DNA from: Selaginella moellendorffii
Lineage: Eukaryota > Plantae > Lycopodiophyta
Direction: 5' to 3'
Assembly (NCBI RefSeq): GCF_000143415.4
Contig: NW_003314291.1
Span: 655,316-719,315 of the forward strand
Length of the DNA: 64,000 nt
In this document: one piece after another, positions 22,200-34,137 of the stretch
Position numbering within the stretch: the first letter of the stretch is position 1
Layout: each line of letters starts with the position of its first letter
Made by a program: the position numbers and the translations under genes
The notes under the pieces: generated by a model
What the model was told of the DNA's origin: nothing
The model's input: only the letters and a program-made list of their open reading frames with translations
Databases searched by the model: none

Positions 22200-24200
22200 A
22201 TAACCATTCCTTCTATAGGTTGTAGTGCAACTTGATTATAGCTATAAACAAATTCAAGGTTCAAAATTTCCAAGCTCAAACCATCTTTTGGATATGTATG
22301 TCCAAGGTTGTTAAACAACGAACTGGGAAGAAACTCAACTTCCACGGTTTCATGGCAGATGTTGTTGGTGCTAATTGGTTAGCTGTACAACAAGTATTTG
22401 GAGGTGATAAAAGTCAACTATTACAAGGTAGAGGGAAAAGTTGTGAGTTTCATTGGGCAAAGAGTGTCAATGAACATTGCAGATGCATCAAATCTAGCTT
22501 CCATCACAAGTTCAAGCAACTTTGTCGGGAATGGATAGATGCACCAATTAAAGAGGAGCACGAGGCAAAAACAAATGAAATGTGCATATGGTGGTGTGAA
22601 GGAGACAAAATGCCAATTAAACACCTTCCACAAATGAAGTGCTAACTTGCATGGTGGGAAGTTCAAATGTTTCAGTGAGGCCATTATATTCTCTATGTAA
22701 GTTTTCTTTCATTTTCTTTTCTTTTCATATTCAAATGTTGCATTTTTCCTAGGATCAACCACTTAATAACATTGCACTTACACTAACAATTACTCTCTCT
22801 GAGAGCAAACATTGGAGTTGGAGAGCTTCCGAAGCAAGGAAAGGAAAAGTGTCCCTCTATGAAGCTACACTCTCCGACCTCACTAGATCTCTTGAACAAT
22901 CATCAAAAGTTTTGGCTACACAGGAAGCAAAGTTTGCTGGTACAGGTTCAAACTTAGACAAGCTTCAAGAGCAGGTTGGTAGAAGGACAACACCATCAGC
23001 AGGGTCAATATCTGTAGCGCATGTGATCATGGGATGAGATTTGGATATACTATCACCATAGATCCTTGGAACCTTGGGGGATAAATGGGGATAAAATAGC
23101 CACTAAGGGCTCTCTCATCAAGCAATTGCCACTTTTTCAGTTGACTTAAGGGGAAAGAGATAAAATGCACTACAATATCTAAGATGGTGGAGGAAGTTGT
23201 TATTGGAACTCCTACGGAATCAAGTTATGAACCACTTGGGGATATGGGGATAGCTTGCATGAAGCATCGACAGACATTTGATGGGCCCAACATCACTCCT
23301 TCTAGCTCTCATGGTCTAGAGTTTGACTACCATTCTATTCCACAACATTGGAGAAGAACTAAAGAACATGGAGTGAAGGAGGTGCCAATTGTTACACAAG
23401 TAAATCCAGTGCCAAAAGTTGAGAAGATTATTGCTCATGAGCCAATTTCTCGTATCAATTGGGCAATTCGAAGAGTCAATGCCAAGAGTAATGTGCGTTG
23501 CTCCGGAATGATTGGGAGTCAAGGTCAATGTCTTGCATTTGTGCGCTCAGGTTCAAGTTCTTCAACAGTACCATGTTTTTGGGGCTGTCAAGATCTAAGG
23601 GTAAAAGGCCGCTAGTCAAGTTGGATTTACTATTATGGGATTGATGTTACTTATACAAACCAGATCCACAACTCAATTATCTCGAAGCTAGATTCTGTGT
23701 AAGAGGAATGGCCAGTTGAGCAAAGCTGCAATCTTTTGAAAGAAGAGATTGAAAGTTTGGAGAGAGCTGGTTTCAAGTTGAAGACTTCCTCAAATGTTGC
23801 TAATGATACTGTTATACCACCAATGTTAACACTAGACTGGCATACACGACCAACTAGAAATGGGAAGGCTGTACAATACAAGTCTTCCATTTCAAAAGGT
23901 GCACAAAAGAAGATCAAGCTAGCAAAGACGTTGAAATGCACAATCATAAGGATCAACTACATTAATGCCATAGCTAAAGAGTTTATTGTTGTGACTGAGT
24001 CGTCAAAGGGTACGAGCTACACTATCAAAATCTGCAAAAATCCATCTTGTACTTATCCAAATTTTACACAGGGAAAGGTATATTTAGCTTTCAAGCACAT
24101 CTATTACATTTTTATGCAGGAACTAAACCAAGATTTTAAGATTGACCATCACATCCATCAGGTAAGCCTTACAATTGTAGAGCTTGAGAAGTGTTTTTAG
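22200..24200 (+). pseudogene. Decayed MULE-type transposase with C-terminal SWIM finger
   Basis: FHGFMADVVGANWLAVQQVFG...SCEFHWAKS (MULE DDE-like core) and degenerate SWIM PSCTYPNF...FKHIYYIF; several stops and frameshifts. Confidence 0.7.
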
Positions 24201-24613
24201 ATTGCTTTTAATGTTCAAATCTATATTTATATTTGTATTTTATTGGTCGAATTTAGATTAAATAAAAATTTGAAAAATGAAAAGATGTTAGTTCAGGACA
24301 AACCAATGTTTTTCTTGTATTTAAAAAGTCGTGAGCTTAGCTTGTGAGCTCAGCTCATGACCCAAGCTTGTTTGTTTATTTTCCAAATCTTTGACTCTGC
24401 AGATTCGAACCTGGGCTGGCGCTGAAATGCATCGACGGCTGAGATTGGAGTTTGACCTCCAGGTCACAAGAACCTTGACTGCATGATTACGATGACAACT
24501 GTAAAGCCGGAATTATTGCATGGTAGAATCTATGCGCCATACTGTTGAAATGAAGGAACGGGAGGATTTCAGGGCTTCAAGTCTGCACACAGGCACAGCA
24601 AACGCCTTGGAGC

Positions 24614-25966
24614 ATGAAGATGATAATGCGAGTTCTAGGTAGTTTGTTATGTTGTTGGTTGTCAATTGTACAATTTCTAGGACTCTGCACTGCTGGAACA
24701 ATACTCCTGCTGATACTGATATTTTGTCATATTAAAAGTTCTATTGCTGGAACAATGGTTGGAATTGCCGGCTTGTTTGTGATGGTGGTATACATTTTAG
24801 TGGTGATGTTCTTCATCAAGAAGAGGAGACAGATTCAGGCTGTTGAATATGACAGTGACACCGTTCTTGAATCCATAGAGAACTTGCGGCCGATACGGTT
24901 CACCCTTTCGGATTTAGAACGAATCACAGATAACTTTTCGAAAGTGCTAGGTACCGGTGGTTTTGGTGGTGTGTACGAAGGTGTACTCCCAGATGGTAGG
25001 AAAGTTGCTGTGAAGAAGCTGGAAAGTACAGGACAGGGGAAGAAGCAATTCTATGCGGAAGTTGCCATCCTAGGGACAATTCATCACTGGAATCTGGTGA
25101 AACTGCTTGGTTTCTGCTCAGAGGGCCTAAACAGGCTTCTGGTTTATGAACACATGGAGAATGGTTCTCTGGACAAGTGGATCTATCAAGATTGTGTCGA
25201 ACAGAAGGTGCTGAACTGGGAACAGAGAATGGAAATTATGCTGGGGATGGCCAGGGGTCTGGCATATCTGCACGAGGAATGCGTAGAGAAGATTATCCAC
25301 CTTGACATAAAGCCTCAGAATATCTTGCTGAACGAGGACTTGGTCGCGAAAGTGGCGGACTTCGGTCTCTCCAGGCTCATGTCTCGCGATCAGAGTTACG
25401 TTATGACAACAATGAGAGGTACTCCAGGCTACCTTGCACCAGAGTGGCTACTGGAGGCTGCTATAACAGAGAAAAGCGACGTTTACAGCTTTGGAGTCGT
25501 GCTGCTGGAGGTGATTAGCGGGCGGAGGAACTTCTCTCGAGTTTCTGAGAGAGAAAAGTTTTACCTCCCGGCTTACGCATTGGAATTGGTGACACAAGAG
25601 AAGGATATGGAGCTGGTCGATCCGCGGCTGAAAGGCAAGTGTGATGAAGCAATCGTGCGGACAGTTATCAGGATTGCGTTCCAGTGTCTGCAAGAAAACG
25701 GGAGCTCAAGGCCATCGATGGGGAAGGTTGTGCAGATGCTGGAAGGCTCCTGCCCAGTGGAGGACATTCCCGTGGATGGCCCTCCCTTCTCAACCAGGAA
25801 CGAATCTCGCACCCTGCATGTTGATCTTCTCAGGACAGGCTCTACGAGTACATCTGCAGAAGGGTACATCCAGCATGTTGATTTTCTCAGCACAGGCTCT
25901 ACATCAGGCTCTACATCTACAGGAGGGTACGGCCCACACTCGGGCTTAAGCTTGAGCGCTCGATGA
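24614..25966 (+). CDS. Receptor-like Ser/Thr kinase, SD-2-like, non-RD, no evident ectodomain
   Basis: Hydrophobic TM segments, PIRFT juxtamembrane motif, LGTGGFGGVY, VAVKKL, IIHLDIKPQNILL, DFG, RGTPGYLAPEW and KSDVYSFG. The start is uncertain. Confidence 0.9.
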   Translation: MKMIMRVLGSLLCCWLSIVQFLGLCTAGTILLLILIFCHIKSSIAGTMVGIAGLFVMVVYILVVMFFIKKRRQIQAVEYDSDTVLESIENLRPIRFTLSDLERITDNFSKVLGTGGFGGVYEGVLPDGRKVAVKKLESTGQGKKQFYAEVAILGTIHHWNLVKLLGFCSEGLNRLLVYEHMENGSLDKWIYQDCVEQKVLNWEQRMEIMLGMARGLAYLHEECVEKIIHLDIKPQNILLNEDLVAKVADFGLSRLMSRDQSYVMTTMRGTPGYLAPEWLLEAAITEKSDVYSFGVVLLEVISGRRNFSRVSEREKFYLPAYALELVTQEKDMELVDPRLKGKCDEAIVRTVIRIAFQCLQENGSSRPSMGKVVQMLEGSCPVEDIPVDGPPFSTRNESRTLHVDLLRTGSTSTSAEGYIQHVDFLSTGSTSGSTSTGGYGPHSGLSLSAR

Positions 25967-26817
25967 GGATCAAGCCTTGTAATAATTTGAAGCGAAGGAG
26001 CTGTGACAGGAGTCAAGCCTGTTCTAGTATGCTTTTGCTTCTTTTTCTTTCTTTTTGACTCGCTTTTTTTCTTCTTTTGTAATGTGATAGGTGGGAGCTG
26101 GGTATTTGCAGCGGCCAGTGCAGTGGAAGCAATCAACAAGATTTCAACCGGACTGCAGGTGGATCTATCTGCACAACTGTTCATTGAATGTAAGTTGGGA
26201 CTGCAATGCACAAGACATGATTTTTTTAGATTTTTTATTTTAAATTAAAATTAATAAGATTTCATGTTTTGAAATAAATTAGCACAAACATTTATAGTTG
26301 AGAATGACCATGAATAAGGGCTATACTTGTAAATAATCATAACAACAAGAACATATTAATGTTTAATTCATATGAATTATATTATTTTTAAATAGTGCAA
26401 AAAGTACCAATTAAGTTCACACTGTATCTAAAAATAAAGAGTAAATAAGAAAATAATTAAAAATCATATTGAGAAAAGTGAAATAAACTTTTAAAATATC
26501 ACGATGAGATATCTTTCTCTAATATTGAAAAGTTTTTATATGGTGTTCTTTATTCTTTTTTATTGTTATCACACTAAAATGTTAACATGGTATTGTGCTC
26601 ATTTAATTCTTGATGTGTTGTTGATCTTGTAAGGGGGGGGACCAAAAATTGTTGCCACGTATCCCCATCTAAGGCTCTTGGCGGATACAAGCACAATCTT
26701 CCAACTATGCAAGAATGAAGCACAATCTAAATCACCTGAGTTTCATGGAGTTCGCTGCTCAATGTGTAAGCTGCTAGCATAGATTTTCAAGTGATTATGT
26801 GCCGGTAAAAAGATAAA

Positions 26818-26900
26818 ATGAATTGGATTTTGATGCTCAGCGCATATGCCCGGGTTGGGCATCTGGAGCAAGCAATGTCCTTCACGACGATGGGCAGGGT
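26818..26900 (+). pseudogene. Possible PPR-repeat remnant
   Basis: WILMLSAYARVGHLEQAM resembles a PLS-class PPR helix; the surrounding sequence is not an intact gene. Confidence 0.3.
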
Positions 26901-27617
26901 GCTTCGGGACGTGGATTCAGGCTGGAGCTGCTTCGTGTTGGCGTTGGCTGGAGCTGAAAACTTCAATTTCACAAGAAAAGGGAGAGCGAATGGGAAAATC
27001 ACCCCAAAAAGAACAAAGAAAAAAAATCGTCGTCACCTCCAGCTCATTTCTGGACTGGCAAGCGCTCAGGCTGCTGAGCCGCCTACAAAATAGTCAAGAC
27101 AACATTATTCATGGCACCAAGAATTCCATCCGGATGGTCTAGTGCATATCTCAGGAGTCCAAGAGCCGCAGGTGCTGCGAGCCAGGTCTTGAAGATGCGC
27201 TGGTTGCATGTCCACATTATCCGGAACCGCTGAGACTTCCAAGCCGCTAGGAGGAGCTCGCTCTCGGACTCTCTTTGCGCCCTCGATCGGAACCTCTGCA
27301 TCGATAGATTGCTTTAGAGACAAATTGCCGCGTCGGCAGTCCCGGAGAAATCGGCGGAGAATACCAACTGGTTTTTTACGGACAGCCACTTGGTGTGATT
27401 CGTCGCGGCAAACCATCCCAAGCTCGATTTGAGACTGAAGGTGGGCGAGATATGCCGCTGTTTGGGAACCCTCGCCCACCTCTTTCCACTTGTAAGGCTC
27501 GAATATTTCTCAAGCCACGAAATCCGAAGGACGGCCACGACGAAGAACGAGAATGCCATTGAACGTAGCTCGGTCTAGGTGTCACGAGCTGTAAGATCAA
27601 AGTTTACATTCCTTTGG

Positions 27618-30017
27618 ATGTCGAGAATCCCACAAGCCCGATCCCTGGTATGCTATTTTTTTGGTCCTTGTGGCTGGTTTTTACCTTGAATCCCTTGCAG
27701 CACAGCGCGGCTGCCATCGAGGAGAAGATGTATGTGGTGGGAGGATGCTCCGCGGACCGATACTTGAACGATGTGCTGGTGAGTTTAAGTAGCGTGGATC
27801 TTTCTCAAGTTCTTTATAACACTCTCGTGGAGGTTTTGGACTTGGGAAGCTTGAAGTGGTCGACAGCCCAACCTTGTCCCGTGTCGTGCGCCGGCCATTG
27901 CCTGGTGAGTTGACGCTGTTCAAGTTGTTTCTAGCGGGCTTTGCTTAAACACAGTCGACGAGCTTTGCAGTTAGCAGGTGGAAGAACGCTCTTTCTCGTT
28001 GTTGGCATTCCGTCTGATGAAGAGATGCACGGTACTGTGTGGTTCTTTTGCTTTCCTCTTTTCTCATGCCTTGGGCTCATCAATCAGTCTATGAGTTTGA
28101 CACGAATATCAATGAGTGGTCACTTGTGGAAACGGCGGGAGACATTCCGGTAAGCATTTCAAGACTGTCTCGTTGTATCTTCATGCGGATTTATGTAGGC
28201 TGCAACTCGTGGTCACTCCGCCACCCTGATCGGGAGCAAAATATGGGTGTATGGCGGTGTGGACTTTCAGGGTCAGCTGCACCCTCGGGTACATGCACTC
28301 GACCTGAAAAGCAAGCAGTGGGAGCTGGTTAACGCAAGGTACGCAGATCCAATAGAAAGATCGCAGTTCCATACCTCCGTGTGGCAGTGGATCCATCCCG
28401 CCACCGCTTGCTTTCCATGCTGCGGTGCATAAAGGCGATCATCTGTACCTTTTTGGAGCTGGTTCATCTGGCTTTTGCAAGAACCTATACGCACTGAATC
28501 TCGTAAATGTAAGCACGGAGTCTTATTATATAGCTCTGATCAAGTGCCCAAAATGTTTGCAGCGTCAATGGTCCTGGTATCCAGATCAAGGTCCGACCCG
28601 CGTACCTGCAGCACGTTTTGCAACTGCTGTCACCGGAGACAAGTGCTATCTTGTTGGTGGTAAGTTTATTTCTTCCATGCTCCGACTACCTCTTATATAT
28701 CTATCTATACACTAGGCGCCACAGAAGAAACCATGCTACTGAACATGGAGTCTTTGAAGTGGACCGTAGTGTGCGCTGAACCTCGTTTGGCTACTGAGGT
28801 AAGTGCTTAAGTTTCATTTGTTTCTGCGAACGGAGGAGATCACTTGTGTAACATGTAGAGCCTGAGCATGGTGCACGCGAGAACCAAGGGTCGAGGCGCT
28901 CTGATTGCTTCAGGGGGAAATCCGGTACGCGTTTTATGTGTTGGCCGCTCACCCGACTTCTTACCTGCAGTTTAGCGTCTTTCTACTCAAGACTATGAAG
29001 TCATATCCAGTGCTGCCGCGTCCGATGGGCAAGTGCCAGGTCAGGGGCGTAGACGGTTCACTTCTGGCGCTGTTTGATATTCCAGACGCAGGGGAGCAGG
29101 CTCTTGAGATTACAGACAGGGCGTGGAGGAAGGTGGGGGACAGAGGCTACTTGGTGAGGGACGGCCGTCCTCTGGAACGTAACGTCGCCATTTTTCCAGG
29201 AGACGAGCTAACATTCCACCGGAGTGACTCTGTTGGAGTAGCTAGCATTCAACGCAACAGAACGTGTGAGGTCCATCTCATGACACTTGAAGACTGTAAG
29301 CTTGTCCTCGCCCGGTTGAAGATCGAGGTTATGAGAGGGGAAGGGTGGCTAAACCCGCGGGAGGAAATCGAGTGCGAAGCCTTCGCAGGGTGGAATAGCA
29401 GGAGGCCACGGGACACGGTAACGTACCTGGAGGAGCGTGCCAAAGTTGGCGATCTTTTCAGGCTGCCGCATGTAGTTGACGGCGATGGCATAGACTTCGT
29501 GCAGGAGATCTGGAGCTCGACCGCGGGTGAGGAGTTCCCCTACACCCTCCGCTTCGCGCTGGACGTGATGCTCGTGTACATGTGTGTGGCCGAGGACATC
29601 ATCATTGGCTACTATATCAAGGAAGAGATTAACGAGCTGCACATATGGAGGGCGCTGGTGATGTTGCTGGGAGTGAACATCAAATGCCGCACCCTCAAGC
29701 CGTGGGTGGTGATCACGGACCTCAAAGACGAGTGGCACTTCGCGTGGATGGACTGGCCACGCATGTACGTGTGCAAGGCGCGGAGCAGGAGCCAGGGACT
29801 GGGGATTGTCCAGGACCTGTGCAACGACTACAACCTGGTGACATCGCCTGAGACGGCCGGCGTGCTCTCGAACCTGCCTAGCGTCTACACTCGCGCTTGC
29901 TCGGGGTTCAAGTGTGATTTTGATGAGGAGACACGGCTGATGTTCTCCCCTCACCCGGTTGCGGTTTGGAGGAACGACACACTCGAGCCATATAGACCTG
30001 AGGGGGAAGGGTATTAG
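27618..30017 (+). CDS. Kelch-repeat protein (ACBP4-like propeller) with Crinkler-like Ubl and REase C-terminal module
   Basis: Spliced MSRIPQARSL|HSAAAIEEKMYVVGG, then further kelch blades (ETAGDIP, IWVYGG, LYLFG, PAARFATAVTGDKCYLVGG) split by short GT-AG introns. The large last exon contains VVITDLKDEWHFAW. Confidence 0.7.
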
Positions 30018-30745
30018 CTTATCAGCTTTGGTGGTAAATTTTTGAGTCAATGGGAAGCCACTACTTCCTTTTTCGTTCTGCAACTCTATCCGTTGCGCTA
30101 CAAGGAGAACGCTGGTTTCCAACACTACATGGAAGCTGATTTCTCAAAGTTTTTCATGGGAATGAATTGCCAGAGAGCGAGCACTTCCAAAAGATTCATC
30201 AATAGTCCAGCTGACGAGCAACGCAACATAAAAGATCTCTCAATCTTCCTACGAAGGTTTCCTGAAGCTTTGGCAGGGGCTCAAGGATTACATCAAGAAA
30301 CACGGCTGGTGGACGCTAAACACACTCAGTTTAATACAGAAGTTGAAGCTTGTTTGAGAACCACCAAAATCAGCTCCGAATCGCCCCAGCTCTTCCGCGC
30401 CATGGGGACAACATCACATTGACCAACGTCGCCTGCGAAATCTGCTCGGGATCATCCCGGAGCACGGATTACCCGAGGACACTCCCCTGGGCATCAATAT
30501 GTTTGCCAAGTGTGGGGATTAAGATCTTCGACAGAAGCAAGCAGGAAGGAGAAAGCACAACCAAAGATGCCGCTGTGGCTTCATGTTCGCCCAAAAGAGG
30601 CTGGCTCCCAGTACACAAGCACTGGCTCCCAATACACACAAAAGTTACCACCAGAAATTCAAATTCAAACGAAGTATATCCACAATGATTCCGTGTTTAG
30701 GGCTAGGGTTTATGAGGAAAGAAGAATGCTCGCCGCGGAGTCTCG

Positions 30746-31972
30746 CTAGCTGTTGAATCTGGAGCAGTCCTTTCGGATTTCTCCCTGGTTTCCAGTCTTG
30801 ACGCCGACGGCTCCCAGGTTGTCCATGGCGGTAGCGAACGCGGCGAAGAATGCGCCCTGCTGGCCGGCGTATGCCGTGACGAGGCCCCTTGTTCTAGCGT
30901 CGCTGTGGAGGATTTGGTCCGAGGCGAGCACCGTGACTCCTCTCACAGCGTTTTGGTAGTAGACATTGTCGAATTTGGCGGGGGTGGTCACGTCGTTGTT
31001 GGCAACCACTCTTGGATCCACTGACTGGGGGCAAGTGAGCCGCAAATCCTTGGCGAAGTTGGGATCCATTGCGGGATCGAATTGGTGAGTGCTGTTGAAG
31101 TTGTAGATCCGGCTCATGAATTCCTTGCAGTGAGCGAAGCCGATGGTGTGAGCTCCTGAGAGATTTCTTTGGTGAGTTTGATAGAGGAAGGAGAAGGGAG
31201 TTTACCTGAGAGAGCCACCATGTCCGTTTGAGAGAGTCCTTTGGAAGCGAAGAGCTTGGTGAGCTGGTCGACCGATTGCTCGGGCTTTGGCAAGTTACCA
31301 TCGACTCTTGAAGCTTGCGAGATCTTTCCATCTTTGCGGCCTTTCCTCACTGTCCAAGATGGTCCTCCTGCCTGCCATCCCGACAATCAATGCAAGAAAA
31401 AAACTCGGAGGACAAAGACCAAGGGAAAAAAAGGATTTTTTTTTCCTTGGACACGAAGATAAGATGGAGGAGAATCACTCACCAGCACAACGAGGTCCCT
31501 GGTGGCAATGGCGAGAATGTCCGCGCAAGAGACGACCCCGGGGCACTTCTCCTCAACAGCAGCTTTGGCTTTGATGACCGAGTCGAAGCTATCGCCTGCC
31601 AGCGACAAGTTGATCTCGGCATCCTTCTCTGCGCTGTTGCTGGCCGTGGAAGCGATGAGCACCGAGGCATCGCATCCCTGCGGCCGAATTCCATTCGAAA
31701 ACTCAGACCTTTGGGACGAAGGAAGGCGATAGAACTTACAGGGAGATTGGACTTACATCGACAAAGCAGTCGTGGAAGAAGAGCCGCAGCGTGCCAGGGA
31801 CGCTGTTGGGTGTGATCTTGAACTTCTGGAGCATCACTTGCTGGATGATAGACTCCACATTGGGGCAGGAGCTGCTGTAGTAGCCTGGAGAGAGCTGGGC
31901 ATGAATGCCGGATCCAAAGAGGAGTAGCAGCAGCAAAGCAACAAGACAAGAGGCCTGGACTGGTACTAGCAT
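30746..31972 (-). CDS. Class III secretory peroxidase, 4 exons
   Basis: Signal peptide, QLSPGYYSSSCPNVE, LRLFFHDCFV, VVSCADILAIATRD, GRKDG, DMVALSG and TPAKFDNVYY...IRKDCSRFNS. Confidence 0.95.
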
Positions 31973-32368
31973 GGCGCTATCTCTCGACTACTCAATCAGC
32001 TCAGAGCGCTCTCTCAGAGGCTTTGCTTGCGAGGAGCAAATGGGAAAAAGGGGAAAGATCTACTCACGCAAGTCTAGGAGGAGAAGAAGAAAGAGGACGT
32101 AAGATATAATGAAGGAAGCTGGAGGAGAAATGCAAGGACATCCGAGGGAAAGACAAGCGCTGGAATTGAAAAGAGGCCAAAACTACCCAGCGGCGACGTC
32201 TGGTTCTTTCCAGCTGTGGTCAGCTTTATATCTCCGACTGTGTCTGGAACGTTTGGACGCTCGAGAACGAAGACTGATACCCGCGGCCCCACGCTTGGAT
32301 CTCTGCAACAATCCTCGACGCGTAACTCCGTCTCCGCGAGATCATTTTTTCTGGGATTGCGTGAGGGA

Positions 32369-32645
32369 AAGTTACCAGTTCATGGTTTCCAGGTACGTAG
32401 TTTTCTCTTGTTTATTGCTGGAACTTGACCATTCTTTCATCTCTTTGTTTTCTGACAGAGTTTGATGGTTTCCAGGTACGTAGCGTTCTTTGTTTACTGC
32501 AGAAACGGCATCTCTTTGATTTCTTGCAAAGTTACCAGTTCATGGTTTCCAGGTACGTAGTTTCTCTAGTTTATTGCTCAAACTATCTCTTTGTTTTCTT
32601 ACACAGAGTATCTCTTTGATTTCTTACAGTTCAAGGTACGTATTT
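32369..32645 (+). repeat. Tandemly duplicated exon/intron-like units (CAGGTACGTAG)
   Basis: (ATGG)TTTCCAGGTACGTAG at ~32385, ~32468 and ~32545, and TTCAAGGTACGTA at ~32630, each followed by a T-rich intron-like tract. Confidence 0.65.
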
Positions 32646-33666
32646 TTCGTTGTTTACTGCTGAAGCTTCTCACTCTTTTTCTTTTACTCGTGTGCTTCCA
32701 GGGGCCCTTCGAGCAAGGTACATGGAATGAGCTGCTTAACAGCTCATTTTTCTACGGCGCCCCGACTTTTATATTCACGGACTGGCGGACGAGGGAAATA
32801 GAATCTCGAGGCCCGGTAGATGCGACAAAGCGGCAAGAAAATATGAAAGCTTTTTGATCCCGCGGTGGTGGTGGTGGCTAAGCAAGCGGAGCCTACGCAG
32901 CAATGTTGATTGAGAAGGAAAGGCGGCAGCTTTCTGGAGAGAGTGTGGTACTGGTACATAATCTTCTGGTCAGTCAGGCCTCTCGACTTCCAGGCAGGCT
33001 TCTAGAGGCGAGGAAAAAGCTCGTAAACAGGGAAGCGAAGAGAAAAAGAAGAGTGAAGGCGGCAAAGAAGATGAAGGAAGGTGGAAGTGAATTTGGAATG
33101 GGACGTGTGGTACCGTCTTTAAAAGCATCACCAGGACATAACAGTATGGATTGGGATGGGAAATGGAGGATGGAGGATGGACCACAACACCAACAACACC
33201 ACTCACGCGGAATGAAGGATATAAATGGGGAGAGTTTGGTTCTATTCCTCTGGGAGACACTTTATGCGCTTGAATCGAATATTTATCGTCGTGAAGAACC
33301 GCAGCATCAAAGCTTGGCACCCACTCACGCAGAGGTGGGTCATGGTTTGTTGTTGTTTAATGCTTCTACCTCTTAGTTTACTCATACCGTTTGTACAGGG
33401 GACAAACAGGCAGGTTCTCGTTTTTCTTTTTCTTTTTTCAGGATTCTTTGCATGGAAACTGTTGCTGATGACGATCACTTTGCAGAATAAACAGGACCTT
33501 CCGTTTCCATGGCCAGGAAACGTGTCAGGTCGCATGCAAGGCTCGCCGTAGCTACAAAAAGGCCAGCTTTGGGACTAATCCATCGCTCATCAGTGCGCGC
33601 GTTTGCTGCGACGTAGCTATCCCACCGGTCAAAGGGGAGTTTCTCGTTTTTTTATTCTTTCTCAAC

Positions 33667-34137
33667 ATGTCGTCGGACAGCGCGCAGGGAAGGAAAGAGG
33701 TATTGTGTCTCTGTCTGCTTTCGTGTGTTATCTTAACTCTCAAGTGTTTCGTTTATCAGGAGCTCAAGGGGAGTGCTCAAGACAAGATGGACCAAGCCGG
33801 TCAGAAGAAAGAGGTGAAGTATTTTCTTTTCTCTTATTGTTCTTTTCTGTTTATTCTTCTCTTTTGTTTCATTCCGAGAGTGTTGATCCGCAGGACATGA
33901 AAGGCACTGCTCAGGAAAAGATGGAGCAGACCAGGGACAAGGCTGGCGAAACCAAAGATCAAGCCAGCGGTATGTTCCAGCAGGTAGAAACAATTCTTAG
34001 CTGAAAGACGATTGACAAACTATTGGAAATTTTGGATCTCACAGATGGGAGACAAGGTGAAACAGGCTGCGGATAAAACGAAGGAAACTCTGGCTGGAAC
34101 TGGAGATAGGATGACTGCGGACAACAAGAAGGCGTAA
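33667..34137 (+). CDS. Small group-3-like LEA protein, 4 exons
   Basis: MSSDSAQGRKE|ELKGSAQDKMDQAGQKKE|DMKGTAQEKMEQTRDKAGETKDQASGMFQQ|MGDKVKQAADKTKETLAG...KKA* with GT-AG introns. ABRE ACGTGTC (~33520) and RY-like CATGCA (~33533) lie upstream. Confidence 0.8.

Noticed and set aside
27105-27600. Overlapping minus-strand ORFs upstream of the kelch gene
   Set aside because: No recognisable domain or consistent splice structure.
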